Both the position numbers and the translations under genes were made by a program. The notes beneath the pieces were generated by a model. It was given only the letters and a program-made list of their open reading frames with translations. It was not told where the DNA came from and did no database searches. Positions 22,289 to 36,201 of a stretch of DNA of 64,000 nucleotides are shown here, piece by piece (positions within the stretch are counted from its first letter, which is position 1; every line of letters begins with the position of its first letter). The stretch is from assembly GCA_001643675.2 (NCBI GenBank), contig LSRY02000027.1, positions 620,001-684,000 of the forward strand, given 5' to 3'. This DNA is from Monocercomonoides exilis PA203 (lineage: Eukaryota; Protista; Preaxostyla).

Positions 22289-25200
22289 TTAATTAAAATT
22301 TTCTCCACTTTCATTTGAAGCTTTTGCTTGTTCTTTTGTATCATCTGCTGAAGATAAAAATGTTTCCGTTTGATCTGCAGATGGCTGATGCGATGACTCT
22401 TCAACAGAAGCTGAAGGTTTCAATTCTGAAGAAGACTCAATCACATCTGTTTGCTCAGTTGGCAAGCTCTTGCTGGGTGTTTGTGGATTTGTTTGATCTG
22501 ATTCAGGAAAAGATAAAGAGGCAGTTGGAGCAGTTGCATTTGGTGTTGTAGTATTCTTGCCCAAAGCATCGGATGCTGGAAGAGCATCAGATGTTTGAAC
22601 AAAAGGAAAGTTATTCAGAGAAGACACCTGCGATTCATCTGACTTGATTGCCAGAATGGATGAAGAAGAAGACAGAACAGAAGACGAAGACGCTGGAGAG
22701 CTCGGTGCAAACAAGCTCTCAGCGCTGTCTGTGGCTGCTGTTGAAGAGCCAGCCTTAGAGGTGTTCAGAGGCATGGACTGTGCCATGTATTCATTCACCG
22801 GCTGTTTCTGCGCAGAGTCAGACAAAGAACCATTGAACAGCAGGCGCTGTGGATGCTCGCCAATCGATGGATGATTTGATTGAGAAGCAGTTGAGTCAAA
22901 AGAACGAGGCGAGTCATCTGAATCCTCAGAGGTCTTGGAGGTGTAGCTTGAAGACAGCGAGCCAAAGGAAAAAGGAGGAGAAGGAGAAGGAGAAGCGCTG
23001 GAAGCATTTGAATCTGGTTGCGCGTTGATGTGGCTTGTTTCTCTTTTGGACTGCGAAGACAGCAGCAGCCGCATGTGGTTTGTGGGGACCCTTGGGTGTG
23101 CTGACTTCAGCTCAGCTGTACGTTCAATGTCTGACTGGGAAAAGGACGGATACGACGTTGCTGGCATTGAGACAGCCGAGGTTGAGCGGTTGTGCTGCTG
23201 ATCGCTCTGCTCAAAGGGAGATGAGTCTGAACCTGCGATGGTTGTGTCCATGCTGATCATCGGTTCGTAATGCGGACCTGGGGAAAGGGTGTTGTCGTCC
23301 CAGTCATATTGTCCGAAGGAGAAAGGAGAAAGGTGCATTTTGTGTGACATTGACAGCGTTTCAAGTGAATTTGATGGGTCCAATGGAGGAAACGTTGCTG
23401 AAGAATCTTGTGGAATGCTTTGCTTCTGCAAATCAGAAATTGCTTGAGCTTCTGATAATAAGATTGGCGATGATGGGAATAACGAAGAAGAAGAGGAAAA
23501 AGAAAAACTCGAAGAATTTGAAGAAGATGGAGGCAAATTAAGCATCGAGAAGTTCATAGCAGATGAGGTAGATGATGAATAAGGCACTGTTCGAGGTCTG
23601 GGAAGTGTTTTCAAATAGTCAAAATTCAAAGAATCATCCGAAATGCTCGTTTTCTCTGTTTTTGTGTTTTCCATCGCGGCAGCAGCAGAATTAGAATCAG
23701 AAATGATTGGTTGCTTTTGCCGAGATTCCGATTCAAATCTTCTTTCATCCAACAATCCTTCATTTGATCGTTGCTGCAACTGAAACTGCTGCAGCTGTTG
23801 TTGTTGAAGTTGCATTCCAATTCTTCCCTCTCCTGATTCAATCATCTGCCCTTGCTGCTCATTCCTTTTATTCTCCTCCTCATTCCTGTTTCCAATCAAC
23901 ACTCCATCGACAGTTCCAACCACCACCACTGCACCTTCACCTTCATCTCCTTTATTCTCCACTAGTCTGATCTGTTGTTGTTGTTGTTGCTGCTGCAGAG
24001 ACACATTCGCCGAGTCATCCATACTTGTTGGTGGCAGAATCACTCCCATCATCTCCAGCTGCGGTGTTGACATCTCCTCCATCGACTGCGTTCGCTTCAG
24101 TTTCATCTTGCTGTCTCGCGTGCGCTGCGAGGATTGTGTGGTTGATCCATCTGACTGCTGCTGTTGCTGTTGCTGCTGCTGAATTGAAGTAGAGCGGGAA
24201 TCGCCAGAAGATACTGCATTGGACGGGGCAGAGGAGTGCGTGCCAATGGAAAACGGAGTCAATGAATGCGATATTGTTTGGGAGCGCCCATTGGAAGGCG
24301 ATTGAGACAGCGAAAGCGATTGGGTGCGGCGGCCAGACTGCGAAAGGGCAGAAAGCTGTGAACCTGCAGGGGAGAAAGACCTGAACGATTGCGTGAGCGA
24401 AAGCGACTGCTGGTTGGACATCGCGCCAGACGCTGAGCCCAACGAGGATTTTGTGGCTGAATTGAGCGAGTGCTGAGCAGAGGAGAAGTGTGAGTGAGTG
24501 CGCATCAGTGTGCCAGAGAAGGAAAGCGATTGTGCATCAGACATCACATAGGAGCTTTCGGTTCCACGCTGCTGGCTCATTGAAGGCGAGCTGTCTGACT
24601 TGGTGGAAGGACGTCGCGACAGCATATCATCTCCATCTTCACTCCTGCCTCCACGCACCAGTGAATAAGGTGTTGTCTCTGTTGCATTGCTCCTCTTCCC
24701 TTCTTCTTTCGTGCTCGACTCCTGGCTTTCCTGGCTGTTGCTGCTTGCATCTGCAAAACTCTGCTTGTCCATCCGCTCTGTCATTTTGCTTTGTGCTGAA
24801 ACAGAACTTCTCTTCCTCTCATTCTCCAGCATGTGCATCGACTGCATGTTCTCTGCTGTGTGGTAGGATGCACTCCCTTTCAGCGAGTGCGAGCGAATTG
24901 GGCGAGGAGACAGCGTCAGCGACTCAGCAGATGACAAATGAGTGTCCATTGAATTCCCAGCAATCGAGGGAGACGTCTGATGCAAGGCGTTCTGCAGATA
25001 AGGTGAGATCATCGGCTTGTCAGACTTTGGCGAGCGGTCAGTCACTTTCTGCCGCAGCGGCACATTCACCAGAGACAGATTCGTTGCGAGTGATGACTGA
25101 GACAAGGTGGATGTGGCTGATTGAGTGCGATCGATGAAGAGGCCTTTGTCGAAATAGCCTGGGGACATCACAGACGCATCAGAATGCTCCTGCTGAGAAG

Positions 25201-28200
25201 AGTGGGCAGAGATTGGAGAAGCAGTTGATGCAGAGGCACGGGATTTGGTGTCGAGGTTGGCGCCTTTGGGAACAAATGAGGGAGCCAATGGCGACAGAAC
25301 ACGGTGAGTGAGAGAGGAGAAGGAAGAGGCTACAGACATGTTGGATGCACGCGACGCTGGTGAGTTTGTGAACGGCCCCAGCGAAAAAGCAGATGCGACT
25401 GAGAAAGAAGCTGATCCGCGGTAGAGCGAAGCTGAGGTAGTTCCAATAGTCCCAGTGGTTGCAGAGGTCCCGCTGTTGCTTTCAGACTCGGTGGAGAAGC
25501 GGGAAGACGCCTCGTTTCTGGAGGAGAGTGTGGTTGTGGAGGAAGTGTCTGAGAGAGAAGAGTCGCTGCCGGGTGAGATGCGATGAGAAGAGACGTCTTT
25601 GGCTTCAGTGAGATGATCAGGCAGACGCTGCAGATGAACCTGCGAGGAGGAGAGCATCATCGACGGTGACTGGACAAACTGCTGAGGAGGATGGGTCATT
25701 GAGAAGATGGAAAAAGAAGAGGAAGAAGAGGAAGAAGAAGAAGAGGAGGAGGTGTTATGAGTAACAGTGGACATATCAGTTGGGATTAGAGAAACAGACG
25801 ATTGAGATGAAGCATTTGAACGAATGACAGAAGAAGTCGATGTTGGAGACGTTATAGGTGAGGAATGCGAAGACACCAGCGAGTGAGAAAAAGACGTGAC
25901 TGACTTTGAAGATGCAGATGGTGTTAATGTTGTTCCTTTTGTCTGCGTGGATGAGTTACGTCCGCTGTTGTTGTCGGTCGTGGGTGTTGTTGTGTGTGTC
26001 AGGATTGGCTCAGGCAGCTGCGAAAGTGGAGCAGAGAGGAGCCTCTGCTCGTATTCTTTGCCTTTCTCGTCCTCTTCCACCTGCTGCAGCCCTTCAGTCA
26101 AGTAGATGGAAGGATGGCTGGCTGAATACGACGGACTGGTCATCTGTTTGTGCTTGCTGGTATGTGTTGGCCTCAGCTGCTGCATCGACTGAGATATGCC
26201 CAGCGGTATTTCAGTCAGCTTCTCAAAGGAAGAGCTGCCATCTGACAGGCGCTGGAAGGCAGTTGCGCGGCTGATGACTTGTTTCGATGGCTTGCTGTGT
26301 CTGTCCATTGCACGATGCACATGATAGCGCATGTGGCGGTGAGTGCTGCTGTTGCTTTGGCTGAGACTCTGGCTGATGCTCTGGCTAATGCTCTGAGTTA
26401 TGCTTTGACTGAGACTTTGACTGAGACTTTGGCTTATGCTCTGACTGTCGCTGTGATCTTGATGCTCATGCTGACGTTGATGTTGATGTTTGTGTTCATG
26501 TTGATGTTGACGTTGGGATTCTTGTTCATTTCCACGTTGTTGGCTGTTATGATGATGCTTGTGATGCTTATGGTGCTTATGATGCTTATGGTGTTTGTGA
26601 TGACGATGCTTGTGTGAATGTGAATGTGAATGAGTGTGAGTACTGCTGAGATCTAACTGACTTGTGTGGCTAATGTCATTGCTATGTTCACTATGACTTG
26701 TGTGTTGATTGTTCTGTTCGGTCTGTTTGTGTTTATGCTGATGATGCTTCTGATGGTGTTTCTGATGATGCTGATGATTTGTGTGATTATGAGCTATTCC
26801 ATCATTAAATGCGCCAACTTGCAGTGTCTTTGCAGAAGAGAGTGTTGTTGGAGAAGGCCATGTTGTTGGAGTTGTTGTGGTGGTGGCTGTTGACTCGCCA
26901 GAGCCAGGGACGATGAAGAGAGATTCATTCATTGACTCAATGCTGTTGCTCTTGAAGTGGGTGGAGGAGTTGGGAGAGGCTGAAGAATGCAGAGAGGCAG
27001 AGAGAGAAGAGGAAGAAGAAGAGGAAGAAGAGGAAGAGGAAGAGGAAGAAGATGAAGAGGAGGAGGAGGAGGAGGAGCTAGAAGAAGATGCAGCAGCAGA
27101 AGAAGAAGCAGAGGCAGAAACAGAAGATGAAGTGGAATGCTTCGAACCAGCTGCAGTTGATACAGAAACAGAAGAAGATGTCGAAGAAGAGGAAGAAGAA
27201 GAAGATGATGATGAAGAGGAGGAAGAAGAAGATGAGGATGTTGAAGCAGTTGCAGAAGATTGAAGAGAAAGAACAGAAGCTGTTTCACCTTGTTTCTTTT
27301 CTGATTCTTCAGTGTGCTCATGAATTCTTGTTTGTAGCGATTCATTTCCTTCTTTTCCTTCTTCAATTTCTTCTTCTTCTTTTCCTTCTTCTCTTTCTCT
27401 CATTTTCCCTTCTGTTTCTGTATTCAAAGGTGTATTTTGTGCTCCAACAGAAGAAATATCAGAAGAAGCAGCAGCAGCAATTGCATTGCTACGTGGTGAT
27501 AATAACAGAGAATTTTGATTGGAATCAGAAGAAGAGGATGAGGAGAAAGAAGAAGAAGCTGAAGAGGAGGAACCCGAAGAAGAAGAAATAGAAGATAAAG
27601 CAACAGCATTCGGAGAAGTGATTTCCGAAATGTTTAGATTAGCAGTTGCGTGCTGCAATGGAGAAGAAGAAGGAGAAGAAGAAGGAGAAGAAGAAGGAGA
27701 AGAAGAAGCAAAAGGAGAAGGAGAAGGAGAGAAAGAGAAAGTGTTGTCAGATGAAAGAACACGTTCAGGCAACGCCAGCTGAGAAGAAGAAGAAGAAGAA
27801 GACAAAGAAGAAGAGGGGAAAGGTGAATTAGCATTCGTTTCTTGAAGATTGCTTAAAGATGACCGAGAAGCCTGAAAAGAAGGTTGATTGGCAGATAACA
27901 AGAATCTTGTGTTAGTAGTGAAAGGAGAAGAAGAAGAAGGCGAAATTATTTGATTCGAGGCCAAAAGAGAAGAATTGCCTGGTTTTTCAATCGGAGGCAG
28001 AACAGTTCCATTGGGCAGGCGAATAAGACCATTTCCTGTTGTAGATGATGTTGTTGTTGTTGATTTCACAGCTGAAGGAGAAGAAGAAGGAGAAGAAGGA
28101 GAAGAAGATAATGATGATGAAGCAGGAATAGAAGACAATGAAGAAGAATTAGCAGAATTAGAAGCAGAAGCAGAAGAAATAGAAGGTATAGCAGCCCCTC

Positions 28201-30266
28201 TTGCAGACAGAGCCATTTGGAGTGCAGTCTGCCTTGATTGCAGTTCAGCAGAGGAGATTTGGTGTATGCTGTCGTGTATGCTCAGTGCAGGTGTCTGTGG
28301 CTGGGCAGAGATTGGGATGGGGCGATAGGGAGAGAGAGAAGAGGAGGAAGAAGAAGAGGAAGAAGGGAAGGAAGAAATTGAGAAAGAAGAAGAGGAAGGG
28401 ATATCTTTGGCATAGAGTTGAGATGAGGAAGAGGAAGAGGAAGAGGAAGAAGAAGAAGAAGAAGAAGAAGATGATGATGATGACGGAGTAGATGAAGGAA
28501 TCGCAGAGAAAAAGAAAGAAGTAGAAGGAGAAAGTGAAGGAGAAGGAGAAGGAGAAAAAGACAATGAAGAATAAGGAATCAGATTATGCATTTGTTGCTG
28601 AAGCTGCTGCTGCTGAAGCTGCTGCTGCTGCAAATTAAATCCTTGAGAAGATTTCATAGAAGCATCTGCGAATAAACTGGATATTTCATCTTCTTTCTGT
28701 CTCTTTTGAGGGAAAGGCTCCTGAAACATAGACACATTTGATGAAGAGATAGCAGATTCTGTTGAATCATCTGGAAGAGAGGGCTGATTAACAGCATTTG
28801 AAGTAGAAGAAGAAGGAGAGGAAGAGGAAGAAGATGATGAAAATGTAGAAGAAGGAGAAAGAGAAGGAATTTTTGTTGGCACAGGAGAAATTGTAGATAA
28901 CGCATCTAATGAATCTGAAGAAGAAGAGGAGGAGGAAGAGGAAGAAGAGGAAGAAGAGGAAGAAGAAGAGGAAGAAAAAGAGGAAGAAGAAGAGGAAGAG
29001 GAGGAGGAGGAGGAAGAAGGCTGTGAAAAGGAAGCAAGAGAAACGAAAGGAGGAGAGAAAGAAGGAGAAGGAGCAGCAGAAATAGAAGACATGGAAGTAT
29101 ACAGAGATTTGCTGAATGGAGGAGGCAGAGGAGATTGCGAGGGAAGGAAGGAGTCACTAAGCATAGGAACAGAAGAAGAAGAAGAGGAAGAAGAAGAAGG
29201 AGAAGGAGAAGGAGAAAAAGATGAATTCTGATTAGGACTATTATCTGATGGCATAACTGATGATGAAGATGTAGAAGATGAAGAAGAAGATGATGAAGAA
29301 GAAGATGATGATGATGTTATTGTTGTGAAAGGAACAGGAGAAACATAAGAGAAAGAAGAAGCAGAGGGAGAAGGGTAAGTCAAAGAGAAGCTGCCATGAG
29401 AAGAAGAAGAAGGAGAGCCAATGGAAGAGCCAGGAAGAGGGTTTAGCTGATTGGAAGGAAAAGAAGATGAGGAGGAGGAGGAAGAAGAAGAAGAAGAAGA
29501 AGAAGAAGAAGAAGAAGAAGAAGAAGAGGGGGAGGAAGAGGGAGAGGAGAAAGAAAGAGAGGGAAAAGAAGAAGAAGAAGAAGAAGAAGAAGAAGAAGAA
29601 GAAGAAGAAGAAGATGATGATGATGATGATGTATCAGGGAGTGTATTTAGAGGTTTTGTTGCGTTTTGTCCAGCATTTGAAGAAGAAGAAGAAGAAGAAG
29701 TCAAAGAAAAATCCGAAGACTTAACAGAAGAAGAAGAAGAAGAGGAGGGGGAAGAAGAAGAATTGTCAGTGAAAGCAGCAGCAGAAGGAGGAGGAAGCGG
29801 AGGAAGCTGAGAAAGTGTTGCATGAGCAAAATGTTGCTGTGACAGTTGTTGAGGCAGTTGTTGTTGTTGCTGCTGTAAATGGAGTGAATTATGAAACATG
29901 TGTGAATTAAGCGAGTTATGTGAATTAAGTGAATGGAGTGATTGTGGTGAGTATTGTTGAGGATATTGTGGAGCATATTGTGAGTGTTGCGTGTGAGGAC
30001 TTGAATGTGGAGTAGAATGTGGAGTTGTATGAGGAGTTGAGAGAGGAGAAGAATGAGGGTGGAGATGAAGAAGGGGAGGAGGTGGGGGAGGGAGAGAAGA
30101 GATGGTGGAGAGAGGGAAAGAAGAGGAAGAGGAAGAGGAGGAGGAAGAGGAAGAGGAAGAGGAAGAGGAAGAGGAAGAGGAAGAGGAAGAGGAAGAGGAA
30201 GAGGAAGAGGAAGAGGAAGAGGAAGAGGAAGAGGAAGAGGAAGAGGAAGAGGAAGAGGAAGAGGAA

Positions 30267-30301
<35 letters not shown>

Positions 30302-33300
30302 TGATGATTGATTTGAAATGTTAGTTGAAGATAATGGAGTTGGAGGACGAGAAGAAGATGAAGAAGAAGTCTTTGAAGAAGAAGAAGAAGAAGAAGAAGA
30401 AGAAGAAGATGATGATGATGATGATGATGAATTGTTAGCAGCTGATGCAAATGAAGGAGGAATGGAATTGTTATTAGATGATTGAGAGGAAGAAGAAGAA
30501 GAAGAAGAAGAAGAAGAAGAAGAAGAAGGAGAGGAAGAAGCAGATTGTAATGATAAGTTTGAGCTGTGTTGATAGACAGAACCAGCAGAAAGAGGGCGCA
30601 TTTCAGCATTCAACAGAACACGATTGAATTCTCTATTGGACGAAGAAGACAGTCCATTGAATGAATGAAATAGATGAACAGACGGAGAAGAAGAAGAAGA
30701 AGAAGCAGAAGAAGAAGAAAGAGGAGGCAAAGAAGATATTGTTCTGCTATTAGAGGGTATTTCTAGTGATGGGTGTGGATACATTCCAACAGCCGGCAAA
30801 AGAGGCAGAGAACTGCCCCTGCTGCTGCTGATGGCGCTGTTGTGAATGAAAGAGGAGGAGGAAGAAGAAGGTGTTGCAGGGAGAGGAGAATGGCTGGGGA
30901 TGAAAGGAGGAGAAGGGGTGTGGCGGAGGGAAGGAGGGAGAGAAGAAGGAAGAGTTTGGGGAAGAGAAAGGGGGGCTGTTGAAGAAGAAGAAGAAGAAGA
31001 AGAAGAAGAAAATGATGATGATGATGATGAAGGATTGGGAACAGGAACAGGAAGAGGGAGATGAAGAGGCAAAGGAAGAGGAAAAGACTGCTGATGTTGC
31101 TGCTGTGACTGAGAATTGGGTGATTGCTGAAGAGAGGCAGAAGAAGATGAGGAAGAAGAAGAGGAAGAAGAAGTAGAATTCAATGGAGGAGCAAGAGAAA
31201 GAAGCTTTTCATTGTTTGAAGTGGCAGAATTGCTATCGATGTACAAAGGAAGTGAATTGCAAGAGCATGTCTTGTACATTCCAACAGAATGCTTAGATGA
31301 AGAAGAAGAGGAGGAAGAAGATGTTGATGATGATTGATTTGGACAGTTGCTCTGGAAGGAGGAAGAGAAACCAGGGTGTTGCAGTTGTCTATTTGACATG
31401 GAGGAGGAGGAGGAGGAGGAAGAAGAAGAAGAAGGTGAAGATGAATATTTGCCAGAGTCATTGCCAAACAGCTGTTGAGGGATGCTCTGTTGCTGAGAGA
31501 TGATAGGAACAGACAGAGGACGCGAACAATACACAGGTGGCTGGCTCTGAAGATGCCTTTTCTTGTTTTGATAATGCTGTTGGTTAAGCTGTGGTTGGTT
31601 AATTTGTTGGTTATTATTATTATTATTCATAAATTGTTGTTGATTGTGCTGTATCTGTTGTAATTGCAATTGTAATTGAAGTTGCTGCTGCTGCAACTGC
31701 TGCTGTGTCTGTTGGTGTGGCAGCATATTCAATCCGTGTGGCTGGCTGAATGCTGGCGAGAAATGCCGCTGTGTCTGTGCATCTGATGCCTGTTTGTGCG
31801 AATAATTAGACATCTTCTGAGGGGCAGGGAGCGACATGGGCGAATTGTACAGGCTGAGCGATGGGGAATATTCAGAGTCTGAAGACGCAGGAGAGAAAGA
31901 GCAAGAGCGCGATGGAGTGGAAAACCGCCCTGTGTCAGCATTAGGGTCGCTGCAAAAGGTGCTGGATGAGAAAGAGGCAGAGGCAGAGGCAGAAGAAGAG
32001 GAAGAGGAAGAAGAGCAGGAGCGAGGAGGCACCACAGGAAGTGACTGGATGAAAGATCCCTGCGATTCTGAAGGCTTCAGCAGCTGTGGGGTGCTCTTGT
32101 GTGAGTCGTTGTCTTCGTCCACACCGAATTCGCGATGGAGAGACAAGTGAGAACTTCTCGTTGATTGTGCGGGACTCAAAAGGCATTTCGTGTTGCTCTT
32201 CTCTTTGTCGCTCTCGTCTTCCACGCTGCTCAGCACACTTTTGGACTTTTCATTCGCATTCTTGGCTTCTTCTCCTTCGTCTTTTCCTTTCTCTTTCTCC
32301 TTCTCTTTCTCCTTCTCTTTCTCTTTCTCCATTTTTTCTTTCATCTCTTTTTCTTTTTCTTTTTCTTTTTCTTTTTCTTTCTCTTTCTCCATCTTCTCCC
32401 TCATCTCCCTCATTTCCTTCTCTCTCTCCTTCTCCTTCTCCTTCTCCTCCTTCTTCCTCTTCAGCTCCCAGCTGATCTTCTCCTCCACAACCACCTTCAG
32501 ATTCGCTGCAGGCTTCAGCGCCTTCAAACAGCATCCACAGCAGCACTGCGAAGCCACACGGTACACATCCACATACCGCAGCAGCCGAAACACAGGGCAG
32601 ATGAACTCTCCCTTCGCTGCTGCTTGTCTGATGGACAGACTGTTCTGCAGGAGCTTCAGGTGCAGCTGCTGTGCCTGCTCAACTGCATCGATGTTCCCTC
32701 CTCTTCCTCTGTCGCCTTCTCCTTTTTCTCCGTCGCGCCGCCCTTTCCCTCTTTTGTCTCCTCGCCTCCCTCGGTCTTCCTTTGAGACAGACAAAGGCGT
32801 CAGATCAAAGCCAATGCAGAAGCGGATGCTTTGCTGCGGGGCTTTGTCTGAAGGAGAAGAAGAAGAGGAGGAGGAGTAGGAAGAAGAGGAAGGAGAAGAA
32901 GAATTCGACACAAATTGAGTGATGGGCGAGGATGAGGACAATGTTGGAACGAGAGCGTGTTCAGAAGCAGAGAGCAGCGGGAACAGCGGGTGGAGGATTC
33001 CGAGTGGAGGCAAAGGGAAGAAAGAACAGCCAGTAGAATGCTCAGAAAAAGATGTTGCTGCGCAATCACTGTGCAAGTCAGATTCAGTGTGCGATAATTC
33101 AGATTGTTCTGGAGATGATAACAATGACGATTCAATTGTGTATTGGGTGTATTGAATGTTCTTTGTGATGATCGAAAGGATTGTGCCTGGTTTGATCACA
33201 AGCTGCCCTTGTGATTGGGCTGAGCTGATGATTTCTTTAGGCGAAGAAGGCGGCTGCGATAAAAGTGGTTTGTTGCGCTCCTGCTCCATAGACTTTGAGC

Positions 33301-34436
33301 TCTGTGCATCGCCTGCTTCTTCTTTTCTTTTGCTGCTGTCATCCAAAGGCTTTTTCGATTCTGACCGTTCGGCTTGTTGAACAAAATTCATTCTCGGAAA
33401 ATGCAGCTCCTTCTCAAACACATCGTTTCTCTTCCCTTTGGCAACGATGCTCTGTATGCTTTCCTTGAAGCCTATCCTCTTCCACTTCATCATCTCGTCC
33501 AAAGTGAATGACAGGCGATCCTCATTCTGCATTTGCAGCTGCAGCAGCGTTCTTTTAGCCACGTTCAATACAGCCATTGACCGTCCTCGTTCGCTAAGCT
33601 CAAATCCTGCATCAGCAGGCGACAGAAGAGAAATTTGCGGGGAAAAGACAAAAGTTGGTATCATTGCAGCATGGACGTGATATGTATTGTTCTTTCTACG
33701 TCCGCTCTTGACAATTGAATGCTTTGGATGACTGTTTTTGCCTATAATTGTAAATGCCTCGCCTTTTTGTTGTTGGGCGGAATAAGGAACTAAACGTCCA
33801 GGAAACTGTGAAGGTTGATTATATAAGTGAGCTGCGTATCTTGGGTTTTGTGCACGCCGTTCAAAAGATGCCTTTGAAGATTGAAAAATAGTATTCCTTG
33901 CAGTAGAACTATTTGTCGGAGCAACCGAAAATGTTGATTGACCATGCGCTTCTCGTTCTTTTTGAATTAGACGATAAAACGATTGCGCAAGACTTGGTTC
34001 ATCAAACATAATTATCCAATCTTGAAGAGAAACATCGCGAAAAGCAACAGAGCAATTGTCATTCATCTTTAATATCAATAAACGAAAGATGTTGCACAAA
34101 CTCATTTTCAAAAAGAAGATAAAAAGTTAAAATTTACAAACCCTGCACAAAAAATTTGGGTTCAAGATATCAAAATGAATTATTGTCGTTGTAATTTGAT
34201 CTATTTGTCGAAATAACTGGAAATATACGCAATTCGATATTTTATCCTTCAAAAGTGTAACATATGATGAGCCTTTAAAATCATAATGCTGTTCATTACT
34301 TAACAAACAATATTAATATATGAAAATAACAATTAGTCTTCAATAAAATAATAATAAAATACATTTGATAGCAACTAGCTAGCGCACAAAAGATACTCTC
34401 AAACGATCCTTGTGGCATATTCCATTGTGTTGCCAT
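22289..34436 (-). CDS. ~4000-aa Ser/Gln/His-rich low-complexity protein with a probable N-terminal WH1/PH-like domain resembling that of FKBP15, 3 exons
   Basis: An 11.8-kb open exon (34066-22289) plus upstream exons 34436-34363 and 34298-34142 splice in frame to give MATQWNMPQGSFESIFCALASCYQINEQHYDFKGSSYVTLLKD...VYFQLF...NDNCSVAFRDVSLQDWIIMFDEPSLAQSFYRLIQ. The domain call is from recalled motif similarity only. Confidence 0.8.
30120..30300. repeat. (GAGGAA)n hexamer array encoding ~60 consecutive Ser on the minus strand
   Basis: Near-perfect GAGGAA tandem run. Many further (GAA)n runs occur between 27000 and 31450. Confidence 0.95.
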
Positions 34437-36201
34437 CAAGGATGGAGTACGCTTTGATTTCTATGTCCAAAATTTCAAATTTGTATGACGGTTCGGATCA
34501 TTTCATTTTTTATCTACGTTGTTTATACAATTTGAGAACATCACCATAGACATTTGAAAAGATAATACATTTGTTATTTTTATAAAGTATTTAATTTTTT
34601 GAAAAACATTTCATCTGGATTCGTTTTTAATTAGAAAAATTTCTTCAAAACAATTAAAATATCTCACTTGTTGAAAGCTAATCTTCTTTTGCGTATTTGT
34701 GTTGAATTGGAACACATATGTGACATTTCAAAAACAACTTATATATGATTCACGCAAAAATTTTCATGTTTTGACACAACTTCTCAATAACAGATCCTGA
34801 TGAATGTTTACGAAATTATTTAGCGTACCAATTCAACGATTTGAAACAAATGCATCAGTGACTTAAATGCACAAAAAAATTAAGCTTCAATAGCGTCATT
34901 TTGTATGTTATGCTTTTTGATTAAAAAAAAGAAAGCTGATCATCTCAATTCTCATATTGTTGCGACGAGTTTAATAAAGATATAAAACAACCAGAGAATG
35001 AGTAATAAAAATAGAAAAAAAATGAATGCCTCGTCAGAATAAAGACTAAATGAAGAATAATTGCAAATAAAAATTAAAAAGGCAAATCGAAAAGAAATGA
35101 CAACTTGCAAAAGGAATTCTATTTTCCAATATAACAATAATAAAAAGGCAAAGAATGTACAGTTAAACAAGATAAATAAGTTAAGAATTGATTAATAACG
35201 TTGAAAGTTTGGCTGATAACATTTATGATTTGAGCTCAAAACTAACTTTAACTTTTTACAAAAATTTATCTTTAGAAGCGCTAACACAAGAATAGAAGGA
35301 ATAAGGAAGAATTCTGATAAAAACAAGCAAAACTATAATTATTTTTAAAAAAGAGAAATGTGAAATATGGCTAATAAAAATGCACGACATCAAAGAATAA
35401 AAATGCATTTAAATAAAAAAAAAAAAAAAAGAAAGAAAGAAAAATTCATAGCTTAGCATTCATATATAAAATGGAATGAAAGCAACAAACACTTTTAAAA
35501 TATGTGTTATAATTGTGCTTCTTCTAAGGAATAAGAGGTGGAAATAACTTTTAGCAAAAAAGAAAAATGAATAAAACATTTCACGACAGCATCAAAAAAA
35601 TAAAGTTGAGCGTCATGTTTAAAAAGAATAAAAATTAATAGATTTAACAATCATTCAAAAATGATAAGAATAAGTTGCTTTCATTTTCGAAGTTTAGAAA
35701 GAAATTGTGAGGTTAAAAAGGTAAAGATTAATAGAAACGCGAACTCAAATTGAGGAATAGTTCAAAAAATTCCGATAAGTCAAACGAAATTTTATCAGGC
35801 AATGATTGAAATTTTGCTGCAAGGCACGGAAAATTATAAAACATCAAAGAATAAAACAGAGGATTATTACACTTTACAAGAAGTTTAACGAATGTCAACT
35901 TGCAACAAAATTTCAATTCTTTGAAACGCTTTCGATGAACAAATAGAGAAGAATATCACAAAGCTGCTCGAAAATAACAAGTTGGAAGATATAAATTTCC
36001 AGTTGACTTTGTTGAAAATATCTTATGCCACTGATCTAAATCAGATAAAACGTATTTTCCATTTCTTCCTTCAAAGAACAAATCAATTCTGTGACTTCAT
36101 TAATTGGACAAAACGGTTATTTTTTTTTTTCTTCCGAAAATAGATCGACATTTCATGAAATCAACAATTTGTGAAAGTGCTTGTTCGCGTAAACAGCAAG
36201 A

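Noticed and set aside
26279-33680. Poly-Glu, poly-Lys/Arg, RG-repeat and poly-Leu ORFs
   Set aside because: Alternative-frame or antisense readings of the poly-Ser and EK microsatellites in the giant minus-strand gene.
34701-34838. Short inverted match GTTGAATTGG / CCAATTCAAC
   Set aside because: Only about 10-13 bp in AT-rich DNA; compatible with chance.
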